A stretch of DNA of 64,000 nt from Eledone cirrhosa. Taxonomy: Eukaryota. Made by a program: the position numbers and the translations under genes. The stretch is from positions 11,594,001-11,658,000 of the forward strand of contig OZ024758.1 of NCBI GenBank assembly GCA_964016885.1, read 5' to 3'. Positions 28,960-44,485 of this stretch are shown here, one piece after another (the stretch's first letter is position 1; the number at the start of each line of letters is the position of its first letter). Below the pieces are notes generated by a model. It saw only the letters and a program-made list of their open reading frames with translations. It was not told the origin of the DNA and ran no database searches.

Positions 28960-30112
28960 TGTGTGAAAGAATGAAATAAATCAATAGTCCAACATAGATT
29001 TGAGTTGATGCATGATTCAAAAATAAAAATATTTTCGTTTGATGTCTTCAAAATTAGAAGCCATGCACACATTAGTGTCTCTGTGACTATTATGAAAGAA
29101 ATTCTGCCAACAATTTGCTTATACATAAAAAGTTTAGAAAACTTCAAGTCCTCTTGTATAGGAAATAGAAGCAATAAAATTCGCGTAACAATTAAAATAT
29201 TAAGTAAAATATTTTTTCCTCTCTTAACTGTAGAATGTAATGACTAGAGTTGTTTTATACGATAATCGAAACTTTCCTTCGAAATATATTATATTAAATA
29301 GAAAATTATACAGTAGGATAATCAACATTTAATAATCAGCATTATTTAATATATGCCTAGCTTTGATCTTTCCAATGTAGGTACTTCTATTCGGATTAGA
29401 GCTAATGACAGAAAATCGATGCAGTTTAACACGTGATATAATGTGTTTCTAAAAATAGACTGTTAGCACTGAAAGTTTTTTCTGAAGTTTGGTAAGTAGG
29501 TTACGGTTAGGTTACACCATTTGATGATGTTGCAACTCACACCAGTATGTCGATAAACCGACAATATAATTGATTTAAATTAACACAAATTATTGAACCT
29601 GATTAAATAGATAAAATATCCACCAACACGCAAAACATTGTGAGAAATGTCAGTATTTATATTTAAAAAAGAACATGAAAAATTTACAGAAATAATTTAA
29701 TAAATGAGATGATTTGATTCAGATATAACTGCATATAACATCCAATTTTCATTTACTGATTTATATAGTTAAATGTATTATAAAAAAATTAAATTATTGC
29801 TGAGCTATCTATGTGGAGTGGAACTGGGGGGCATGCCCCCTTCCAATAATTATATTTTCTTCCCAAACTACCAAAAGACACATCTCTTTAGATATGTGCT
29901 GCAATTTATGTATATATCGCAACAATTTTCTTTTGATTCTATATCGAATGATATTTAATTTAACTCATCTTACATAGAAAGTTGACTTCTCATTGAGATT
30001 TCAAGAAATTCCTAGTAATTTTATTTCTATATTTTACTAAAGTGTCACATTCGAACATATATAGACTTTATTTTAAGTATTCTGTGTGCATACATATGTG
30101 TGTATGTATGTA

Positions 30113-30218
<106 letters not shown>

Positions 30219-30636
30219 TGCGTGTGTGTACGTCTATGCGTGTACGTCTATGCACAAAGACACAGTTGCGAGTGAATGAAGTTTAGCTTATTGTCAGCAT
30301 GCCGACCACAGGTGAATACTTAAACTATTTTCAAAGACTTCCTTGTAAAAGTATAATCTTTCCTCTACTTTATAAATATTCAATGACCATTGAATTAATT
30401 TTATATAAAAGACACACACACATACGCATATATACATATATATGTATATATAAGTGTATATATATACGTACGTATATATATATCTAAGTGAATATATATA
30501 TATATATAAATATATATGTAAGTGTACATATGTGTACGTATATATATATCTAAGTGAATATATATATATATATATATATATATAAGTGTACATATATGTA
30601 CGTGTATATATCTAAGTCAATATATATATATGCATG

Positions 30637-30683
<47 letters not shown>

Positions 30684-31513
30684 TTATATATATACATATA
30701 TATATATATTTAGATATATGTACAGAGAGGGGGGGGGGAGAGGGAGAGAGATAAATAAAGAGGGGGTGAAGAGAGATGGGAATAACGAGAAAGGAAGCAA
30801 GAAAGTCACATTATAAAGAGAGATAATGCAACAATGAAACGCCAGGTGTTTTATTAAACCAGTCTTTTCTTGTAAGAGTCAGGAATACTAATTACTTTAC
30901 TGTTATCTTCTAAGACCACATATAATGGAAGGTCATATATTGATTTCTGAATATCCTTAGGCAGGCCAAACAAAAGGACATTCGATATGCGGTCATTTCA
31001 AAATAATTCACTCATATTTTCCTAATATTTGAATAAACCCGAGGTTTAAATAATGTAGCGAGATCTTGTCAAAATGTATCTGTATCAGTTTGATATAAAC
31101 CAAACATAAACATCGTTTATTTACCCGGCATCTAAAGCAAATATTTCAAGATCAGCAAACCCAAGCCCAAAGGAATGTATATTTTCAAATGCATCTTCCA
31201 ATTTGAAGGTCAGAGTTGGTGTATTAACTCGATTATTTCAATGTTTGCGGATTTGACAATTCTTATCCTTACTCTAGGCATTGAATTGACAGAGTCGTTA
31301 GAACGTTGGATATACTTTAGCAGTCCCAACACCACCCCCGGCCTAGAGCCCACCACCCTCCCTCTCCAATTCTTCTGTGAGCCCTTACCTTTTTCTTCCT
31401 TTGCCGTTTTCAGAAACACAAGAGACACAGGAACTTTTTACAAAACATTTAATTTAGTTCTTTAGTAATACAATTATTTATATATACCTAATGTTTTGCA
31501 CCTAGTTATAAAG

Positions 31514-31576
<63 letters not shown>

Positions 31577-31589
31577 TTATACACAGACG

Positions 31590-31707
<118 letters not shown>

Positions 31708-31773
31708 TGAATTTTACCTCGTAGTGAATAGTTGAATTACACTACTATAGACTGTCTGATGAAGTGTAATAAT

Positions 31774-31859
31774 TGTTTCTACTTTTGGCACAAGGCCAGC
31801 AATTATCCAGTGCATTACTGATACTTTATTTTATCGACCCCGTAAGGATGAAAGGTAAA
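31774..31859 (-). mobile_element. 5'-truncated SINE S1 with 17-bp TSD
   Basis: TSD TGATGAAGTGTAATAAT at 31757-31773 and 31860-31876. Confidence 0.9.
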
Positions 31860-32314
31860 TGATGAAGTGTAATAATGATTAACTATTGCATATGATTGAA
31901 CAATATATATTGTAGTCAGCATATATAAACAATTTATAATAGACAAGGAAACATATGTCAAAGCAAATACATTCATAATCTCTTCACGCCGAACGGGTAT
32001 ATATATTTATATGTATAACGTAAAAATAAATATCAATTTTATAGCTAAACTATAATTTTATAGCGAAACTTAATGTTAACTACATTTAGCTGTACACGTG
32101 TTAGTATTGGTAGTTATGTTTGTCATAGTATATTTATATATATTTATATATGTGTTAGTAATTAACAGAATCAATTATACATAAATACACGTAGGCATGT
32201 TTCAGATTACACTAGCGTGTAGTGAAATAGGTTCCATATTATCAAACTACAGCAGCGGAATCACAGTAATCGCAAGGAATCGGTTTTCAGTTGATCGTTA
32301 CATACAGGGTGTCC

Positions 32315-32402
32315 CAAAAAATGTATACACACTTTGATTGCCTGTACAGGCAATATTTATTAGAATTGTGTTGTAGTTTACATACATTTTGGGGGGAGAG
32401 CC

Positions 32403-32403
<1 letters not shown>
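32315..32403. mobile_element. About 90-bp Tc1/mariner-type MITE
   Basis: TA-CAGGGTGTCCCAAAAAATGTAT ... ATACATTTTGGGGGGAGAGCC-TA imperfect TIRs. A second copy lies at about 32666-32764. Confidence 0.6.
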
Positions 32404-32433
<30 letters not shown>

Positions 32434-32665
32434 AAATATGATAATAATGATGGCTGCGCGTTGCAATGGTGGGGCATATGAAAAGGTAAGTCCTTCATCA
32501 GTGACCCTCCAACCGTCCCAGGCATTTCATCGCTTTAAGGGCCATATGCCTTAGGTTGGTGCGAACAACGGCTAAAAAAAGTCGTTGGGACACGTAAACA
32601 AAGGGGACGCCAGGGTAACAAACAAAAAGGTTTAAGCAACGGAAAATATATATATATATATAAAT

Positions 32666-32764
32666 AGTGTGTCCCCCAAAAGTATACACACTTTGATTAA
32701 CTGTATAGGCAATATTTATTAGAATGCTGTTGAAGTATACATAAACTTTTGGCGGACAGGCTGT
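32666..32764. mobile_element. Second copy of the about 90-bp MITE
   Basis: GTGTCCCCCAAAAGT...ACTTTTGGCGGACAGGCTG-TA. The internal AGGCAATATTTATTAGAAT is shared with the 32315 copy. Confidence 0.6.
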
Positions 32765-33033
32765 ATATTTGGTAGTCGAAAAGCACAAGGTGTTAAACTA
32801 CTTTCTAAACAGTGTTACAAAGTAGATTTCGAAATCCTGCTTGCTGTTCGATATATTTCTTTCTTTACAGATATCTTAATCATTCCTGCGGCTATTGATT
32901 TTTGCTGCCATGTTACGTAGACCCAATTTTTGTACTCATTAATGGTGTCTCCTTTTCAATGGTAAATTTAAAACGATTTTTCAGTCATTAAGTAGAGCAG
33001 TTTTGTATTTCATACATTTGCAGTTAGAACTAA

Positions 33034-33069
<36 letters not shown>

Positions 33070-33070
33070 A

Positions 33071-33226
33071 GGGCGGTGGATTGGAAGTATCGGTAGAGGG
33101 TCGGACCCTATGCTTTGACGCATTGAGTTACGGCCCTTGCCATTCTGAGTTCAAATCGGGGGTCGATAAAATAAAGTACCAGTAATGTACTGGGTAATTG
33201 TTGGCCTTGTGCCAAAAGTAGAAACA
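33071..33226 (+). mobile_element. SINE S1 with internal deletion
   Basis: Head and tail match S1. About 30 bp is missing after GAGTTCAAATC. Confidence 0.9.
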
Positions 33227-33976
33227 ATTATTATTTTTTTTTGTTATTTTATTCATAGTATAGGTTGCGAAATCTTACATTATTTATAGGACTACTTGTG
33301 TAAAGTATTTAGTCTCTAGTACTACTCTAAGTTAACTCTATAAGAATACAATTCCCTCTGTGTTTTAGTGCTTTAAAATTACAGGTAAATTATTGTTATT
33401 TCAGTGTAATTGAAGTGTAAATCTGAAACGTTATTTATATTGATTTTATTTCAGATCTTTTAACTTTAAGGCAATGGCGATATCAAAAGCAAATACGGGG
33501 AATAAATTACTGCTTCCACCCTAAAACCATTTGTATCATACACTGTGTTCTTTAACCCGAGTCCAAAATTTTAATGCCTTGCTTGATTTTCATAATGAAC
33601 TGTCTTTTAAATTAACACAATGATGTGTTTTTATGAAGCACAACACTGTTTATTTTAAATTTATTATTCTCACAGTTTTTAAACGGAAGATGGATTCTGA
33701 GGTATATTTATTCTCGCTAAAACGTGTGGCATTTAAATGACGTAAAGAGAAACTATTGAAGTATTTACATGACAAATATTTCATATATAAGCAAACACAT
33801 AAAAGATGAAAGGGAACTATGGAACTATATTTTCCATTGATTTTTAAAACAGGTATATCTAATTAATTCTATAAGAAATAACATGAAAAGGTAAACGTGC
33901 TAAAAGGTGAAATGTTCATATTATGTATCAATTTCATATACAAGTAGACCTATGTATGTATATATATATATTTGAA

Positions 33977-34190
33977 GTGAAGGAATGTGGCTGAGTGGTT
34001 ACAGAACAGTATTCGCAATCGTGAGGTTGTGAGTTCGATTCCCGGTCCGGGTGATGCGTTATGTCCTTGAGCAAGACACTTTTTTCACGTTGCTCCTTCT
34101 ACTTGGAGGTGCGACTGATAGAAAGTATTAGCAATTGGAAACACCAATGGAAACATTGTCTCCGATTTGACGAAAGTCGCTCGACTGACG
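33977..34190 (+). mobile_element. tRNA-derived SINE family S2 (CORE-like)
   Basis: A box TGGCTGAGTGG, B box GAGTTCGATTCC, then TGTCCTTGAGCAAGACACTT resembling a CORE-type domain. The 3' boundary is approximate. Confidence 0.7.
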
Positions 34191-34441
34191 ATATGTGTGT
34201 ATGTGTGTGGATACACACATAGTTACATGCAAAAACACACTCACACCTACATGTATATATGTATTAATATATATTATATATTATTTTATTTATGTTCATA
34301 GACAGAACAAAAAAGCGCTCCTTTGTAATATGCCTAAGGTTACAAGGCCCTATTCTGACCACCTCCCCAAAGTGTGGACACTCATGCTAAGTGGAAAGGC
34401 GATCAAATGGGTGGCCGTGTCATCAGCCGTTAAAAAATACT

Positions 34442-34622
34442 TGTTTCTACTTTTGGCACAAGGCCAGCAATTAATCCAGTGTATTACAGGTACTTTATTT
34501 TATCGACCCTATAAGGATGAAAGGCAAAGTTAACCTCGGCGGGATTTGAACTCAGACTGTAATGGGGCGTAACTCTATGCTGCAAAAAGCATAGCGTCCG
34601 ACTCTCTACCGATACTGCCAAT
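34442..34622 (-). mobile_element. SINE S1, near full length
   Basis: Reverse complement of S1. Confidence 0.9.
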
Positions 34623-34726
34623 ATAAAACACTTCTTTATGAAATAATGTATATAAGTATATATATATATATAATCATACGGATTGGATACTACGGTATAT
34701 TTTGGTAGATTTATCTACACACACAC

Positions 34727-34855
<129 letters not shown>

Positions 34856-35051
34856 AAATGTATATATCTATATATAAATGTATATATGTATATATAAATG
34901 TCTACAGGTATATATAAATGTGTGTGCGTGTTTGCAGTGTTCAAATGAAAGAACTTTATATCATAGATAATGTATATATGTATTTAATGAGAATATTAGA
35001 CAACATTGTGTAGGCCATATAATTTTGTTTAATCTCCTTATCATGTAATGC

Positions 35052-35096
<45 letters not shown>

Positions 35097-35829
35097 ACGC
35101 ATGTAATTGTTCAAGTGTGACATATTTATGTATTCAAGTGAAACATTTAGAAAGATCCAAATCCCAAATGTCCGCAAGCTTTCATTTAAATATTTACTCC
35201 GGAAATTTCAATAGCTGTCAATTTTTCGTTAGACATTGAATGACAAAAAACATACAACCACTTATGAAACTCTCGAACCAACCATAAGAAATAAGATACA
35301 GCAATAAACATTGGCTAAGTGCATATTTATAAAATAATAAATATAAGTGTGTAAAGGAGATTGAATTAAAGACATCATTTAAATGTAATAAAGTAAAAAG
35401 AATGTTGTTGGAACAAAAGGAGGAGAAATGTGAAAAGAAAAGTGAAAGTACAATAAATTATTTGGCAAGAATGAATAGAAAGGAAAATAATTTGTTTAAA
35501 ATAATATAACATATAGAATATACAAACATTAGTTAGAAACTATTAATGGGTGTGCACTTTATAATATTTGTAATATTTAGGCTGGGGGATATACATATAA
35601 AGGTATATATAAACCCGTAGAATAAATGTTTATTATTAGTACAAATTAAGAAGATCCCGTTGTAGGGTGATAGCAGAAATTCTATGCTTAAACTTTAATC
35701 TGTACTAATAATATATAATATATATATAATATATATATAATATATATATAATATATATATAATATATATATAATATATATATAATATATATATAAGAGAT
35801 ATATATAATATATATATAATATATATATA

Positions 35830-35863
<34 letters not shown>

Positions 35864-36563
35864 AACAGGTACTTAAGTATCGTTGGGTTCTGTACTCATT
35901 CAGCCTGTCAGAAGATAAATAAAAATAAAGATGGCCGCCTGATTGTGCTTTCCATTTAGGAAAATATCATAAGAGTTTAAACAAGGGCAGGTAATTTAAA
36001 AGTTATTCAGAAAAATATTGTTTTTTTAAATTATATACATGCTATATATGACAAAGACACATATATGGTTTTATGTCTGTATAACTCTACAAATATCTAA
36101 GAAGAAGTCGTGTAGCAATTCCCTAATATTTACAATAAAACTTGTAAATGTTCACGTTGATATTCTTTACAAACAAGGCGTGTATTAAACATTCTGTATA
36201 AGACATTCGGTTCTTCTCTCAGAATTCCTTCTTGTCTTTTCACTAGCCTTATATATCGATTTATTCACTTCTACTGCTGTTACGTTCTTATTTAAGGATT
36301 TATTTACTAAGATATTCAATAATTGATTAATAAAGATATCCGGATTTCTTGAAGAAATGTGTTATTCATAGATTTGTTGCCTTCTATTAACTCCTTCACG
36401 TCGTGACTACGCTCTTTTATTCCTTTCTTGACTCTACATTCTTTAATATCATCAAATAATGGTTTTATATCATTTCAAAACATATTTACATAGCCGCTAA
36501 CAAAAAAAAAAAACGCATCTTAAACGCACCAAAAAACACACACACACACAACCTATATATACA

Positions 36564-36636
<73 letters not shown>

Positions 36637-36677
36637 ACACGTATGTGTACGTATGTGTATATGTATGTATTTATGTA

Positions 36678-36734
<57 letters not shown>

Positions 36735-37511
36735 GAGTGTATGTATATCTTTGTTTCTATCTGTATGAATATATAAAGTATGTCTGTGTATGTGTGTATA
36801 TACTTATGTATATATTGAATATATTATTGATGTTAATATATTTCTTTGTACTTGAGAACTCCCCTTTCATATTCTTCGAAGCCAACCTTTGTCTGTTTCT
36901 ACTTTATTTGTAACCATTTCATTCCATTCCCTTTTATTTTAACTTTCATTTCTCATGTATTTATTCTATGTATTCCTTTTCTAACGTTTGATGCAAGTTA
37001 TTTCGATTATTTAATCTGTAAGGTTATAAGTATCGGTTTTTATATTTAAACCTACTCCACTGAATGTTGCTGCTGCTTAGCAATGCAGCTATTATTTTCT
37101 TATTGATAAACATACTGAAGTTATGTCGAATCTTAAGTATAACATTTACGAAAAGTTTCTGAAGTCTATTGCTCATATATTACCTTGTTTGTTGTCATTC
37201 ATTTTGTTTCGCCATTAAAACTTATTTGAGTTGGAGAAATCTTTACAAAATCGAGGATAAAATAATGCTGTATGAATTAGATGTATTTAGAACATACCTA
37301 TGCAGCAATATATTATTAGATAACCAGGTCTATCTTTGTTACATGTCACGAGATATATGATGAACTCAAAGTAACGATTCATTTGCTTTCTTCTGGAAGG
37401 AGAATAGCAGTAAGCCCCGAATAAGAAAACACCTAATGTCATATATGAAGTATTTCCGTAGGAAAGGTACAGGAAAAGAGAGTGCTCTATGTAGGCTACA
37501 GAGCTTATTAT

Positions 37512-37644
37512 TTATGTAATAAACAACATAAGATAATTATTTCATTTACCAGTGGTTTCTGACGACTGAAGACAGATATAAATATCTGCCTTCAAGAAAC
37601 CACTGGTAAATGAAATAAATATCTCATGTTGTTTATTACATAAC
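37512..37644. mobile_element. Fold-back element with hammerhead core (37556-37612, plus)
   Basis: About 48-bp arms. TTT-CTGACGA-c-TGAAGACAGAT ataaat ATCTGCCTTCA-a-GAAACC act GGTA-AATG. Abuts (TA)n. Confidence 0.75.
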
Positions 37645-37651
37645 TATATAT

Positions 37652-37752
<101 letters not shown>

Positions 37753-38305
37753 GTTTATTGCATATTAAGAAGTAGGGATTTAGTTATATAGATCTTAAAG
37801 TGGAAGACATTTCTCATAAATAGGAAGGTCAGACATTCTCCCCAAACACCCCATCTAGAACTGTATAACTCGGCTTTGAAATTTCAGAAGAAGAAACATG
37901 GTATTCATCCGTCCCCTTATCTATAGTCCATATTGAAATATGAATGTTACATAACAACCTTATTACTTACGATGCTGTTTGATGATGTCGTGTTGGTGGT
38001 TGCGTGATGAATGCATTGTGTAATTATGAAGGAAACAAAAATATGTAAATATTTATTCCGGCAGATCTGAGCAGATCTGGCCTCCGAGGGCTCCCGGCCT
38101 TTCCCGAACCCTGTCTAAATTGCCTACCATCTTCTAGATATACCTTCTATTTGACAACAACCCATTTAAGACCTGCCTCCTTCGTGATATGCTGATTTAA
38201 TAATGCACTCACGCATTTATACATACATACACAGATACACACACACACAAAGACAGACATATATATCTATCTATATATCATTATGTGTGTATGTATATGC
38301 ATACA

Positions 38306-38490
38306 GGGCGGTGGATTGGCAGTATCGGTAGAGAGTCGGACGCCATGCTTTCCAGCATAGTTACGTCCCTTTACGATCTGAGTTCAAATCCCGCCGAGGT
38401 TGACTTTGCCTTTCATCCTTGCGGGGTCGATAAAATAAAGTACCAGTAATGCACTGGGTAATTGTTGGCATTGTGCCTAAAGTAGAAACA
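38306..38490 (+). mobile_element. SINE S1, full length
   Basis: Near-identical to 47478-47662, with flanking ATTATG.GTGTATGTATAT duplicated. Confidence 0.92.
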
Positions 38491-39298
38491 ATTATGGGTG
38501 TATGTATATAAATGTATATTCATATATATATTTATGCATAAATACATTCATAGATACATACACCCTCCCCATATATATATAAAAAAGTATATATGTGTGT
38601 GTGTGTATATATATATATATATGAACACACATACACACACACACATATATATATTTAAGGACATGTCGCCTTTGCTTTTGTTACATTCTAGTTTCACCTG
38701 CTTGTGAAGCATTGGCAAATATTTACTCTGTTTGGAATACTTCTGAAATTGATCAATATGTAATGTAAAGCAGCTTATTCCAAATACTATAGTAGAACAT
38801 TTGTTTTCAGTGTAAATATCTGCACATGAATTTGTAAATGTATTAAAAATGCAGATGTAGACACATGTAACAATCATTCTCGGTATGCTAAGACACCATA
38901 GATTTTATGTTCACTCTACAGCTTCATCGATTCTTTCGTGTATCGTGTATGTCTTTCTTTGGAACAATCAGTGTCATACAAAAGCAGCACCTGTTAGCTG
39001 CTATTTAACGACGAAAAGTGCGCTACTTCTTGTCATCTATGTTGCTTTAGTAATCACGTGATCGAAATTTTTGCTGTTTCACGTTACATATCAATAATAA
39101 AATGATTGTGAGGTGTTTTTTTTTTAATCGTCGCAGTTCAACGGGATCGAATCGTTTAAATTGTGTCAGCTGAAGTTTCAGTTTCACTCGTGTTCATGCC
39201 CCCCCCCCAAAAAGACTATCAACAACAAAATCACCCAAAAATATAACAAAAAAATACCATCAACAAATCCACCAAGAAAATATAACAAAAACAGAATT

Positions 39299-39575
<277 letters not shown>

Positions 39576-39859
39576 GTATATAACCAAGCGAGTTTGACAT
39601 GGAAATCTAGCCGAATAAATTTGAGAAAATAAGCGATCCATCTAATTTTCTGCACAGATCTTAAAATCAATAAGTACATCGCGTCACTGTTTGAAAAAGC
39701 AATCATTATCAGCAGTAAGAGAAGCTGTCGCAGTAACACTTCCGGGGACGGCCTTGAACTATCCTCCAACAGTAATAAGGTAGATGTAATTAACAGCCTT
39801 GTGCTATTTGTTTTCACATCAAGGTTTCTATTTGAATTTTGGATGACGACATCTATAGA

Positions 39860-40625
39860 ATATATAATCAGGCTTTTCGACTGATTATACATTAAGCACG
39901 GGACGACATCTTTGAAAGTAACGACAACCTCAAATATTTAGATGTGTACTTGTTATTTAACATAAAATATATAATCAGATTCTTTGAACTGATTATAAAT
40001 TAAGCAAGGGATGACATCTTTGAAAGTAACGACAACCTCAAATATTTAGATGTGTAATTGTTATTTAACATAAAATATATAATCAGATTCTTTGAACTGA
40101 TTATAAATTAAGCAAGGGACGACATCTTTGAAAGTAATGACAACCTCAAATATTTAGATGTGTACTTGTTATTTAACATAAAATATATAATCAGATTCTT
40201 TGAACTGATTATAAATTAAGCAAGGGACGACATCTTTTAAAGTAATGACAGCCTCAAATATTTAGATGTGTACTTGTTATTTAACATAAAATATATAATC
40301 AGATTCTTTGAACTGATTATAAATTAAGCACGGGACGACATCTTTGAAAGTAACGACAACCTCAAATATTTAGACGTGTACTTGTTATTTAACATAAAAT
40401 ATATAATCAGATTCTTTGAACTGATTATAAATTAAGCAAGGGACGACATCTTTTAAAGTAATGACAGCCTCGAATATTTAGATGTGTACTTGTTATTTAA
40501 CATAAAATATATAATCAGATTCTTTGAACTGATTATAAATTAAACAAGGGACGACATCTTTTAAAGTAATGACAGCCTCGAATATTTAGATATTTAGATA
40601 TGTATTTGATATTTAACGTAAAATA
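39860..40625. repeat. 108-bp tandem repeat, about 7 units
   Basis: ATTAA(G/A)CA unit starts at 39891, 39999, 40107, 40215, 40323, 40431 and 40539. Each unit carries the hairpin TATAATCAG-N10-CTGATTATA. Confidence 0.95.
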
Positions 40626-42553
40626 GATAATGAAATAAATAATGACATAATACATATAGTAACAGAATGACATATTTGAGCAGCATTTATCTGTTTAATT
40701 GGAACAAGATCAAAGTATTTAGTACATTATACATAATGGAATGTAGAATCAGAATTGTTATGAATGTAATTATGATAGTGTTATCTCCTAGAAATAGGTA
40801 AATAAATATCATCTGACAGCTATAGCCTTTCAGTTGAAGTATATACAAAAGGAGACCATGATAAACATCTTTCAAACATAAATGTCAGACGAGGTAAATT
40901 GTTTGCAATTGGATGAATATAATAATAGTTTATCAGCATCAAATACTGGTAGCTAACGATTATCTTATACAAAAAAGCATTAGTGTAATAATAAAGCAAG
41001 ATTGATTTATAATGTGAGAAAGTGAAGTACATTTTCCACCTATTGGAAGCGTTTAATTCTAAATATGCTAGTACCTTCATTAATGATTAATTACTGGTTT
41101 GCCCGCCATGGATATATAACATCAATTTAGCCAGCAAATCTCACAACCGAGAGAACTCACCATTTTCTACTCAATATCCAATATAATATTTAATATTAAT
41201 GTAATAAATTCATGTTAATTGATTATTTTTATTGAAATACTACACATAATTACATCATGTTTTAAGAGATCGAATCATTGCAAGCTCAGTAATATCACCT
41301 ACGTCAACCTATCGATTACACCAGTTCATCCAAATTAGCAATTCCCTATCAGAGCAAAGAATGTTGAAGGTCTTCTAAAATGTGACGAAAATGTGTGGGT
41401 AAGAATTATTTTTAATTTAAAACCCAGTAGTATTTCAAAAGATCTCACTGAATATTCATACTAATCGTTTCAACTTGGGAAATGAACGAATGTTACAATT
41501 TACCAGCACTCCTTACCTTAAAATCTATAAAACTAAAAAAAAAAAAAAATATATATATAATAGGAATCCATATAATTCGATGTGCCAGGATATGTAATTG
41601 TGAAATGAAATCTAAATCTAATGACGGTAAATGTAGAATTTGACTCGAGGTTAAAGTAAAGATATTTTATTAACAATCCTCAACATGGTTTGATTCAACA
41701 CATGACATCATATTTGCTTGTTAAACATCCTAACCTTTCAGCTATGCCTGAATTAATATCGATAATGTGATACTTAACCAACTTCAATATTTTATTACAA
41801 AATCGGTCTCTACTCCATAGATCTTTTTTAACTCTTTTTGTTCACAATCAACTATGTGCTTTCAGGTGTTTAATAGGTTGTAAACGTGTGAAATGTGTTC
41901 AAGATATTTTTTCTGTTTATTTGGAATTTCAAGTATTCGACTACTTAGGCAAAACAGACATAAAATAACAAGATAGTTCATGTTGAAAATCAGAAGCAAA
42001 CATGATGTAAAAGGCGATATAAAGTTATCTTTCAAAGAGAATAATGAATTGTCATTTTGGCATTTAAACTTTATACCACAAATTAGTAAAATGAAAGAAA
42101 CACATTGAAATAAATGTATTGTTGTCTAAGATTCAAATGTATTTTCAGCCGCCCTCCTTCCAGCTAAAGCAGAACAAGTGTTTTTTTTCCGCCGGAAGCT
42201 CTGAATAACATTTCTGTATTACATTACATAGATCCAGAACATACACTACATGGTTCTCTCTTGATTTCATTCATATGTTTTCTTAATTTATGTTTTCTGT
42301 GCAATACATGAATCCCCGTGCAAACATCTTCTAGAATGTTATATCTATGAAATAAATATATGTCTTAATCGGCCAAGGATGTAAATTTCCAACATTCCAT
42401 TCCCCACACGTATTAGGAATTGAGTCAATAGATACAGAGTTTAGGTATTTATTGTAGAATCTGTTGACTGTATCCTAGAAACAGAATCTTCTAATTTCTC
42501 CTTAATATATTACATGTAAAAAAGCTAATATTAAAGTCATCATTTACCTGCAT

Positions 42554-42716
<163 letters not shown>

Positions 42717-42772
42717 CACACATACTATATACACACATATATATATATGCATACACATATATATATATATAT

Positions 42773-42852
42773 TTCGTTCCTGAATTTGTTTAGCATGTGG
42801 GTCATGTTGCCAATAAGAAACACACGCACCAGTTGCTTTCACTCCAATTTAT

Positions 42853-42891
<39 letters not shown>

Positions 42892-43281
42892 TTCCGGTTT
42901 GGTTGGCTGATTCCACAACCGGACAGTTGTTCATACATTGTCAAAGTTCTTTCGTCACTCATTCTGTGACCTCTTCAGTGATTGTTGATTCCTTTCTTTA
43001 TTTTGTGCCTCTCCTTTGTTCTGTCCTACGCTATCAAGATGGCGTAGGACAGAACAAAGGAGAGGCACAAAACAAAGAAAAGAATCCCCAGTCACTGAAG
43101 AGGTCACATAATGTGTGACCAAAGAACTTTGACAATATATGAACAACCGTTCGATTGTGTAACCAACCAACCACCGGAAATTTATAAACTTTTTTGAAAA
43201 ATATTTTTAATTAACAATAAATTGGAGTGAAAGCAACTGGTGCGTGTGTTTCTTATTGGCAACATGACCCTCCCAAAGTAT

Positions 43282-43287
<6 letters not shown>
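42773..43287. mobile_element. Large fold-back element (about 235-bp arms, 42798-43270) with hammerhead motifs, in (TA)n
   Basis: Centre ATC-AA-GAT at 43033-43040. Minus 42940-42982: TCA-CTGAAGA-G-GTCAC..GTGAC-GAAAG aa CTT-TGA. The plus copy at 43091-43133 lacks the G of GAAA. Confidence 0.85.
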
Positions 43288-43344
<57 letters not shown>

Positions 43345-44381
43345 ATTTATATGTATATATACATACACTCACACACAAACAGAGATATACACACATACAC
43401 AGACACATGCTATATTGGATAATATAGGAAGACACTAACTGCTTATAAATCCCTGTGATAATCAGAATTAGATCAAATTCGCCATTGAAAGAATCTCGTT
43501 AACTACAATCCACTTCACCGGAACTACTCGTGTGGCCCACAACATGAATATAAGTGAATCAGTACGATTTGGTATAGTTAACAATAAGATACTAATATTT
43601 CAATGCTTCCTTTCATATTAACATCATTTCTCTTGATATGGCAATTACATGTGCATTCATTTAAACAAATTCTGTTTCAGATTTGAATAATGGCGTTACT
43701 CCTGGGTGGAAATAAGATAAACCCAGTAATAACAGGAAACGATGGCTGTATATCTGTATTATACATAATTTGCTCATTTGAAATTATGTATGGGACAAGT
43801 TTATTTGCATATAACATCAATGGATTCTCCTAAGCATTTGCCAAACATACAATCTTAGGACAACAAAGCTTTGTACATACTGTCAGCCAACAACATATTG
43901 TGTTTAAACAGAGAGTTTAATATTATTGGTTACTTTACATTAAGCAAACAAAATTTGGCAACGGAACGGTATAATCTATTGAATCACTCTATATTACTTG
44001 ATTTCATATATCAAATACAGCAAATAAACGACATCGATTAATCATCATCAATGAACATATATTGAATATGAAGATAGATTAGTTTAAAATAAGTGAGTAG
44101 AATATATTAAGTAAAGATTATTCATTACGTATTACATGCTTCAAACACACAGGCGCAAGCTGGGTAATATGTCGTGGCCAAATATACATACCGAAATATG
44201 TGTATACATACTTACACGCACTCACAAACACACACGCACAGACACACAGAGACATTCACACACACACACACACCCACACACATACACAAACATACACGCA
44301 CTGACACGCAGAGACATTCTCACACACACACACACACACGCATACACAAACATACACGCACTGCCACACATACAATCACAT

Positions 44382-44425
<44 letters not shown>

Positions 44426-44436
44426 CACTTCCTTCG

Positions 44437-44485
<49 letters not shown>

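Noticed and set aside
31100-31465. GC-richer ORFs (96 aa plus, 72 aa minus)
   Set aside because: No recognisable motif or consistent exon structure.
31755-31775. CTGATGA as a hammerhead core
   Set aside because: It is part of the SINE target-site duplication, with no stem II/GAAA following.
39580-39892. Frames open on both strands, with AG/GT boundaries at about 39658-39779
   Set aside because: No recognisable protein similarity, and the long ORF length comes from adjacent (TA)n.
39860-40625. Possible CRISPR array or coding repeat
   Set aside because: Units are identical along their whole length (no spacers), the context is eukaryotic, and all frames contain stops.
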